A stretch of DNA of 64,000 nt from an uncultured Desulfatitalea sp. (GTDB lineage Bacteria; Desulfobacterota; Desulfobacteria; Desulfobacterales; Desulfosarcinaceae). Below, piece after piece: positions 57,479 through 64,000 of this stretch. Location of the stretch: positions 2,080,001 through 2,144,000 of the forward strand of contig CAXXMB010000002.1 of assembly GCA_963668675.2 (NCBI GenBank), in the 5' to 3' direction. Made by a program: the position numbers and the translations under genes. The first letter of the stretch is position 1, and every line of letters begins with the position of its first letter. The notes beneath the pieces were generated by a model. The model saw only the letters and a program-made list of their open reading frames with translations. It was not told the origin of the DNA and did not search any database.

Positions 57479-58912
57479 CTATTTACCGATACAAAATTGA
57501 GAAAAAATGGCGTCGAGTACATCTTCCCCTACCCGATCTCCGGTGATCTTTCCGAGAAGATCTAGCGTCTGGTTCAAATCCAAACTCACAAGATCCTCCA
57601 GCCCCCTTTCACCTATTTTTGCAATAGCCCTCCTTAATAGTCCGAGGGCAAGCTCTAGAATCTCTCGGTGGCGCACATTGGCTATAATGTTTCCTTCGAG
57701 CGCCTCTGATACTACATTCAGGCATCGCGACGAAATTTGCTTTTTGAGCAAATTCAACCCGGTCCCAAACTTTGCGGACAACCAGACCGAATCTAACGTT
57801 GTCAGCCGTTCAGGGTATTCGAACTGCTTTTGATTATCAAGCAAGTCCATTTTGTTGAGTACCAGAATGGTTTTAGTCGGATCGATTTGATCGATGATGT
57901 CAAGATCTTCGGTTTGTATTGGAGAGCTGGCTTCAACCACCATCAAAATACAATCGGCCAAAGCGATGTTCTCGCGGGTCTTTTCCATACCGATCATTTC
58001 CACCGGATCACTGCTCTCGTGCAAGCCTGCGGTATCGACAACGTGCATCTCTATATTTTCAATATGCACCATCTCTTCAACCGCATCTCGTGTAGTTCCG
58101 GGTATGGGTGTAACGATCGCCTTATCCCTTCCGATCAAACGATTCAAAAGACTAGATTTTCCCACATTTGGTCGCCCTACGATAACAAGACGCAAACCCT
58201 CGCGCAGAATGCTTCCGTTCTTAAATGAGGCGACCAACCGGTCAATGGGTTCAATAAGTTTTCTCTCTATCTCGGGTATCAACTGCTTTGGATGGGCCAG
58301 GCTCTCCGAATCGACTTCTTCAGGAAATTCGATAGTGGCCTCATTATCGGCAATCAGACGAATCAATGTTTCGCGCATAGCACGTATTTGATCTTTAAGG
58401 CCGCCATGGAGCTGTCTATTAGCGATTGCCAGTGCACCGTTGCTTTTTGCATTTATGAGATCGGCGACCGCCTCGGCCTGGCTCAAATCGATACGGCCGT
58501 TGAGATAGGCCCGTCTCGTAAATTCTCCTGGATCTGCTAGTCTGGCACCTTGCCTGATCACAAGATCGAGAATTCTAGAGACGACCAGAGACCCTCCATG
58601 GGATTGGATCTCCACCACATCTTCCCTTGTGTATGAGTGAGGCCCCCGCATAATCGCCATTAGTACTTCATCTACAAGATTTCCGGCGTTCGGATCTCTG
58701 ATGAAACCGTGAATCAATCGATGAGACGGATATAAGGGATGCTTTTCGGTTGACCTGCTGGCGAGGCGTTTTGATTTTTGAAAGAGGCCCTCCGCAATCT
58801 GTATGGCCTTGTAACCCGAAATGCGCACGATTCCGACGCCCCCCACTCCTGCAGGTGTTGCAACCGCTGCGATGGTGTCGTTCTCGATAGCGTGGTGGGC
58901 GGTTTGAGTCAT
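57479..58912 (-). CDS. mnmE: tRNA modification GTPase MnmE
   Basis: DTIAAVAT, SYTREDVVE, GRPNVGKSS, GTTRD, DTAG, NKMD, FCIGK. Confidence 0.98.
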   Translation of the reverse strand: MTQTAHHAIENDTIAAVATPAGVGGVGIVRISGYKAIQIAEGLFQKSKRLASRSTEKHPLYPSHRLIHGFIRDPNAGNLVDEVLMAIMRGPHSYTREDVVEIQSHGGSLVVSRILDLVIRQGARLADPGEFTRRAYLNGRIDLSQAEAVADLINAKSNGALAIANRQLHGGLKDQIRAMRETLIRLIADNEATIEFPEEVDSESLAHPKQLIPEIERKLIEPIDRLVASFKNGSILREGLRLVIVGRPNVGKSSLLNRLIGRDKAIVTPIPGTTRDAVEEMVHIENIEMHVVDTAGLHESSDPVEMIGMEKTRENIALADCILMVVEASSPIQTEDLDIIDQIDPTKTILVLNKMDLLDNQKQFEYPERLTTLDSVWLSAKFGTGLNLLKKQISSRCLNVVSEALEGNIIANVRHREILELALGLLRRAIAKIGERGLEDLVSLDLNQTLDLLGKITGDRVGEDVLDAIFSQFCIGK

Positions 58913-58951
58913 AATTTCGGCTGGTTATAAAGGCTACAGGGCTGTTGCCAG

Positions 58952-59716
58952 CTAGCTGGACCGCTTGCTTTTCCTACGTCTTTTTGGGAAGACAATCAGC
59001 TTTCTATAGTTGCCCTCTCCCACACTCTGTGTACGAACTGCCTGATTGTCTTTCAGATGTAGATGGACGATGCGTCTGTCGTAAGCATTCATTTGCCCGA
59101 TGGTCACCGGCTTGTTGATTTTCTGGGCCTTCTCGGCCATTTTGGAGGCCATTCGTTTGAGGTTAGCCTGTCGGGTTTCCAGGTACCCCTCAACATCGAC
59201 GAGGATTCGCAGCCGGGCCTCGTTTTGCTTGTTTACGATCTTTTCGACAAGATACTGCATCGCTTCCAGGGTTTGGCCTCGCTTGCCGATGAGAAGAGCG
59301 CTGTTGCCACCTTCGATCTTATATACGATGCGGCCGTTTTCCCGCTCCGCCTGAATCGTTGATCCCTCGGAGATAAAATCAACGACACGCTGTAACGCCG
59401 ATTTGCCACAGTTGAGTGCCTTGTTATTCTCCTCATCCGGTTTCGGCGCATTCGGCGCATCTTCATCTTCTATGCCGAAGGCGCTTTTTACCAGGTCCTG
59501 GGCTTGTTGCTTGGGATCGTCCCGGACCTCCTGAATGGGAAGCTTGGTCTTCACCCTTATTTTAGCCTTTTTGACACCTACCAGACCGAAGATGCCCGTT
59601 GACCCATATGAAATCACTTCATAATTCAGTTTATCAGCAGCTGTATCTAGCTCCTTGCCAGCCTTTTCCAAGGCTTTGTCGACGCTTTTTGCTTCATATT
59701 CGATAAAATCGGACAT
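58952..59716 (-). CDS. jag: RNA-binding protein Jag/EloR (KhpB)
   Basis: Jag_N, KH (IGKRGQTL), R3H (DRRIVH). Confidence 0.95.
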   Translation of the reverse strand: MSDFIEYEAKSVDKALEKAGKELDTAADKLNYEVISYGSTGIFGLVGVKKAKIRVKTKLPIQEVRDDPKQQAQDLVKSAFGIEDEDAPNAPKPDEENNKALNCGKSALQRVVDFISEGSTIQAERENGRIVYKIEGGNSALLIGKRGQTLEAMQYLVEKIVNKQNEARLRILVDVEGYLETRQANLKRMASKMAEKAQKINKPVTIGQMNAYDRRIVHLHLKDNQAVRTQSVGEGNYRKLIVFPKRRRKSKRSS

Positions 59717-59734
59717 GACTAAAACCTCCCCCCA

Positions 59735-61423
59735 TCAGGATAATTTTTTTAAGGTGTAGTACTGCTGGCCAATAGATACGAGGTTGCTGACCAGCCAGTA
59801 AAGAACCAATCCTGACGGAAAGTTAATGAAAATAAAGGTGAAAACGATCGGCATCAGCATCATCATTTTTGCCTGGGTCGGATCGCCCGGGGCGGGGGAC
59901 ATCTTCTGCTGCAGCAGCATGGTTGCCCCCATGATCAGGGTGAGTACCGGTACACCGTAAGGCGCCTCCATGAATGGTATCTTGAATCCGAACTCAAAAA
60001 GCCTGTCCGGAGCAGACAAGTCGTTGATCCATCCAAAGAAAGGAGCGTGTCTCAATTCAATGGCTTGGTAGAGCATGCGGTAGAGAGCAAAAAAGACCGG
60101 AAGTTGGATCACCATTGGAAGACAACCTCCCATGGGATTGATTTTATAAGTTCGATAGAGGGCCATGGTCTCTTGGTTGAGCCTGGCCTTGTCGCCTTTA
60201 TATTTTTCCCTGAGCTCTTGCATCAGCGGCTGCAGTTTTCGCATATCATTCATCGATTTATAGCTCTTGTTGGCCAAGGGCCAGAACGCCATGCGCGTAA
60301 CGATGGTCAGAATGATGATGGCAATGCCGTAGTTGGGGATGAACTTATGGATGAAGTTCATGAACCAGAGACACGGTTTGGCGATGATATCCACCCAGCC
60401 AAAATCGATTGCACGCTCGAGATCGTTCCCGACCGATTTCAGAAGATCCAGACTCTTGGGGCCCATAAAAAGGCCCAAATGCCATGTGTAGCTTTCACCG
60501 GGACCAAAAGTATGGTCCGCTATTACCAATTGATTTTCTATTATATTATCATTTATCGACAGCAACATGCGCCCATCGACAGCCTCTTTGCTCATGAGGC
60601 TTTTGATGAAATAGAGCCGTTCAGTGGCTATCCAACGCAGCTTTCCGCTGAGTTCGTTGGTCTCGTCGATATTTTTTATCTTCACCTGCTCGAGTTTGTC
60701 ATTGATAAATCCGCTGGGTCCGACGAAACCATAGACACCGCTATCCTTGTCGACCACATCTAGCAGACCGACCTGAATACCGCTATTGACGGCCTGATCG
60801 CTTCCATTGGTTACGGCAACATCTAGATCGATGACATATCTGTCCGGATCGAAGTGGTAGGTTTTCACCATCGTCCAGCCGGAACCCAAATCAAAGCTGA
60901 ACTTCAGTGACCTTGTTGCTTCATTTATCGTCAGCACATCCGCTTCGCTATCGACCTTATATATCCCTTTAATTTGCGCCTCCCTGGCGTATGCGCTCAG
61001 TGAACTCAGTACCGTGCCGCCCTTCAGTTCCGCAGGAATCAGCTCCTTATTCGGCGAGTCCTGATCCACACTCTCCCTAAAGCTTTTCAGCACCATACTC
61101 ACCACGGCGCCACCTTGCTCGGATAGACGCATGCGGTAAAGAGGCGTTTCAACGGTGATTGTGCGTGCCTTTTGCGAAGCAGCCGAAGGCAAAGCGCCAT
61201 CGTCTGTTTTCTCTCCATTTGTCTGTTCTGGGGCCATGCCCTTGCCCTTAACTGCTCGATCAGCCGGCATCGCCTTGCTCGTCGTGGTCGTAGCCGGCGG
61301 TTCAGCCTGTTGCTGGTCTGGAGCCACAGCCTGCTCCTGTGGCTTGGGCCCAAAGCTGATGCTCCACAGAAAAAAAATGAGGAACGAGAGCCCAATGGCC
61401 AACAAAAGTCGCTTTTGTTCCAT
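59735..61423 (-). CDS. yidC: Membrane protein insertase YidC
   Basis: NYGIAII, NPMGGCLP, WINDLSAPD, PSGLVLYW; AAGGAG RBS before ATG 61423. Confidence 0.98.
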   Translation of the reverse strand: MEQKRLLLAIGLSFLIFFLWSISFGPKPQEQAVAPDQQQAEPPATTTTSKAMPADRAVKGKGMAPEQTNGEKTDDGALPSAASQKARTITVETPLYRMRLSEQGGAVVSMVLKSFRESVDQDSPNKELIPAELKGGTVLSSLSAYAREAQIKGIYKVDSEADVLTINEATRSLKFSFDLGSGWTMVKTYHFDPDRYVIDLDVAVTNGSDQAVNSGIQVGLLDVVDKDSGVYGFVGPSGFINDKLEQVKIKNIDETNELSGKLRWIATERLYFIKSLMSKEAVDGRMLLSINDNIIENQLVIADHTFGPGESYTWHLGLFMGPKSLDLLKSVGNDLERAIDFGWVDIIAKPCLWFMNFIHKFIPNYGIAIIILTIVTRMAFWPLANKSYKSMNDMRKLQPLMQELREKYKGDKARLNQETMALYRTYKINPMGGCLPMVIQLPVFFALYRMLYQAIELRHAPFFGWINDLSAPDRLFEFGFKIPFMEAPYGVPVLTLIMGATMLLQQKMSPAPGDPTQAKMMMLMPIVFTFIFINFPSGLVLYWLVSNLVSIGQQYYTLKKLS

Positions 61424-61561
61424 AGAAAACTCCTTCAATCATGACGGAATAGGGGACAGGACGGCATCGGTGCCAACATGGGCACGATGGGTGGATGGGG
61501 ATGGATGAAAACGGGTTGGTTCAGCAAAGCAAGTATTGATCGCATCTCGTCAGGCACACAA

Positions 61562-61789
61562 CTATGGAACCGGGTCGTATCCTCCGGCACTCCATGGGTG
61601 GCAACGCAACAGCCTTTTGAGGGCCATCACTCCTCCCTTGGGAACACCATACCGCTCAATGGCCATCATCGCGTAGTGCGAACAACTAGGCTCGAAACGG
61701 CACGACGGTCCGAGTATGGGCGACACCACCAACTGGTACACTCTAATCAGTACCCTGGCGGTCATCACGCCTGGCTTTCTATTGCTCAT
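61562..61789 (-). CDS. yidD: Membrane protein insertion efficiency factor YidD
   Basis: [29 protein letters not shown]. Confidence 0.96.
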   Translation of the reverse strand: MSNRKPGVMTARVLIRVYQLVVSPILGPSCRFEPSCSHYAMMAIERYGVPKGGVMALKRLLRCHPWSAGGYDPVP

Positions 61790-62195
61790 GAAACGCTGCA
61801 ATCTTTCCAAAAAGCCCTTCAAGGGATTGAAACACGTGTTGATTGCTACTGTTAGCCGCCTCTCGCTTGCCAATGACATGAATATCCCAATGGTATTTGA
61901 ATATATGGCGATTTTGGCGAAAATACTCTCTGGTGAGGCGTTTGATCCGATTTCGTGTCGCAGCGTTGCCTACTTTACGGCTAACGGTGATTCCAAGGCG
62001 ACAGCGCATAAGATGATTGGCACAAAAATAGGCGATAAATTGTCGGTTTCCCGTCTTTTTGCCAAGCCTTCCAATACGAAGGAATTCCGACCGCTCGAGC
62101 AGTCTGTCGGCCTTGCTGAATGTCTGCCTTGCTACTGAAATTGTCCTACCCTGTCCCCCTGCATCCGCATAATCCGTCCGGTCGCTACTCTTCAA
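61779..62195 (-). CDS. rnpA: Ribonuclease P protein component
   Basis: [21 protein letters not shown]; lies between rpmH and yidD. TTG start uncertain. Confidence 0.93.
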   Translation of the reverse strand: MKSSDRTDYADAGGQGRTISVARQTFSKADRLLERSEFLRIGRLGKKTGNRQFIAYFCANHLMRCRLGITVSRKVGNAATRNRIKRLTREYFRQNRHIFKYHWDIHVIGKREAANSSNQHVFQSLEGLFGKIAAFHEQ

Positions 62196-62219
62196 ACAGG
62201 TAAATGGTTTCCCTCCTGA

Positions 62220-62354
62220 TTAGAGGGCCAATCGTTTGCGACCTTTGGCGCGTCTCCGGTTGATCACCGCGCGCCCGCCTTTAGTGGACATTCTTTTGCG
62301 AAACCCGTGGGTTCGCACCCTTCTGATTCTGCTCGGTTGATACGTTCTTTTCAT
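62220..62354 (-). CDS. rpmH: 50S ribosomal protein L34 (missing from ORF track)
   Basis: Manual translation: [44 protein letters not shown], stop TAA. Confidence 0.97.
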   Translation of the reverse strand: MKRTYQPSRIRRVRTHGFRKRMSTKGGRAVINRRRAKGRKRLAL

Positions 62355-62606
62355 GATTCTTTTCCCTTGTTGTCACGTTACCATTGGGTATCAGGGGCCA
62401 TGCCCTGTTATTTTCCAAACAATTCGAACCGTTACACGTATATTGCTTGTAGAAACCGTGAGAGTAGTCACAAGCCGGCCAACTTGTCAACATTGAAAAG
62501 CAAGCCTAAGCTATTCACCGGCAATACAAGTGCTTTTGTCGTTTAACCCCCGTTTGTCCGTTCGTTGAATCGAAATATAGATGCGTTTGTGTCAGGTGCA
62601 GCTTAT

Positions 62607-64000
62607 CTACGTATAGGCCTCCAGCACATCGAACTCCTCCAGGTGAAAGCGTGTTTCCGGATAGATGGTCACCTGTCGGCCAATGTTCTTTTCCAATGTC
62701 GTGATAATTTGATTCTCCTCGCCCAGGAGCAACTCAGCGATGTAAGGGTTGACCTTTAGTGTCAACCCGCTACCGATCATATCGCGGCTGTTGCGCATGA
62801 TCTCTCGCTGAATGTTGTAACAGATGGTCTTTTTGGAAAGCAGATGGCCCTCCCCTTCACAATAGAAGCACGGTTCGCACAGCTGACGCGTCAGCGGTTT
62901 GCGTATGCGCTTGCGGGTCATCTGAATCAATCCCATTTCGGACATTGGCAGGATGTGGGTTTTGCTGCGATCTTTTGCGAACGCCTCGCTCAATGCGTTG
63001 AACACCTTCTCCTGGTTGGCCCGTTTCTCCATGTCGATAAAATCGATGATGATGATGCCGCCAATGTCCCGCAGCCGTATTTGGAAAGCGATCTCCTTCA
63101 CCGCTTCCAGATTGGTTTTGAGGATGGTCTCCTCCAGGTTGTGTTTGCCCACGTATCGACCGGTGTTCACATCAATGGCCACCAGCGCCTCGGTATGTTC
63201 GATGACGATGTATCCGCCTGATTTGAGCCACACCTTCTTTTTCAGCGCTCTGAAGATATCGCCCTCCAAGTTGTAGTAGTCGAAAATCGGCTCACTGCCC
63301 TCATAGAGCTCGACCGAATCTTTTAAATTGGGAATAAAGGTGTCCAGAAAGTTGAGGATCTCCTGGCATCCTCTTCGGGAATCGATAATCAGTTTTTCCG
63401 CCTCGTGGACCAAAAGATCTCGGACGGCCCTCAGACTGATATCAAGCTCCTGGTGGATCAGATTCGGAGCGCTGGCACTTTGATATCGCTTCTGAATACC
63501 GCTCCACAGGTTGTTAAGAAAGATCATCTCCTGGTCGATCTTGCTGGCACCGACCCCTTCGGCGGCTGTGCGCACAATGTAGCCGACTTTCTGCTCGCCA
63601 CGCAGCTCAGTTACCATATCCTTGAGACGCAGGCGCTCGGCCTCGTCTTCGATGCGCCGTGAGATGCCGATGTGGTTTGACGTCGGCATGAGCACCAGAA
63701 ACCGGCCTGGCAGAGAGATGTGACAGGTGATTCGAGCGCCTTTGGTGCCAATGGGGGTTTTGGCGACCTGAACCAGCATCTCCTGCCCCTCTGAGATCAG
63801 ATCGACGATGTTGGTTGAACCTTTTTCGTTCGGTGGTCCCAAACGACTTCGGTTCTTTTCCTGCTCCGTTTCGTCGTCCTCATCTTCGTCACTCTCCCCG
63901 TACATGGCTTCGAACCCGTCGAAATTGTTGGTGACGATGTCGTTCACATAGAGAAAGGCCGCCTGCTGCAATCCGATATCGACAAAAGCCGCCTGCATGC
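62607..64000 (-). CDS. rng: Rne/Rng-family ribonuclease (RNase G), 5' end outside window
   Basis: MQAAFVDIG S1 domain, KGARIT, IDVNTG, RLRDIGGIIIIDFIDM, CFYCEG. Confidence 0.95.
   Translation of the reverse strand, partial: MQAAFVDIGLQQAAFLYVNDIVTNNFDGFEAMYGESDEDEDDETEQEKNRSRLGPPNEKGSTNIVDLISEGQEMLVQVAKTPIGTKGARITCHISLPGRFLVLMPTSNHIGISRRIEDEAERLRLKDMVTELRGEQKVGYIVRTAAEGVGASKIDQEMIFLNNLWSGIQKRYQSASAPNLIHQELDISLRAVRDLLVHEAEKLIIDSRRGCQEILNFLDTFIPNLKDSVELYEGSEPIFDYYNLEGDIFRALKKKVWLKSGGYIVIEHTEALVAIDVNTGRYVGKHNLEETILKTNLEAVKEIAFQIRLRDIGGIIIIDFIDMEKRANQEKVFNALSEAFAKDRSKTHILPMSEMGLIQMTRKRIRKPLTRQLCEPCFYCEGEGHLLSKKTICYNIQREIMRNSRDMIGSGLTLKVNPYIAELLLGEENQIITTLEKNIGRQVTIYPETRFHLEEFDVLEAYT

Overview
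Chromosomal, mostly core-genome window from a GC-rich anaerobic deltaproteobacterium. Gene content suggests a Desulfobacterales-type sulfate reducer (inference). In order: perR-like regulator and citrate synthase; a complete nqrABCDEF operon whose NqrA keeps an intact RnfC-type 2x[4Fe-4S] motif; a compact redox island (sigma54-driven 61-aa protein plus flavodoxin, ferredoxin:thioredoxin reductase plus glutaredoxin, a stand-alone cooS behind a perfect Fur/PerR-type palindrome, and an OrpR-like Cys-PAS sigma54 activator); sfsA; a TonB receptor-YfiR-hybrid kinase triad; hisI-hisG-aminotransferase; PBP1A with a DctB-like/NarL two-component pair; beta-oxidation genes; a ThDP decarboxylase/aldehyde dehydrogenase pair separated by DUF3786 and palindromic repeats; an SLC13 permease; typA; an orphan ACP-KS-CLF cassette; pepD; orphan oadG/oadB; a di-rubredoxin membrane protein; and the rpmH-rnpA-yidD-yidC-jag-mnmE block with a perfect parS site but no adjacent dnaA. 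Several REP/REPIN-like palindromic repeats are present. No CRISPR array, tRNA, rRNA or transposase was seen. All family assignments are by motif recognition, not database search.
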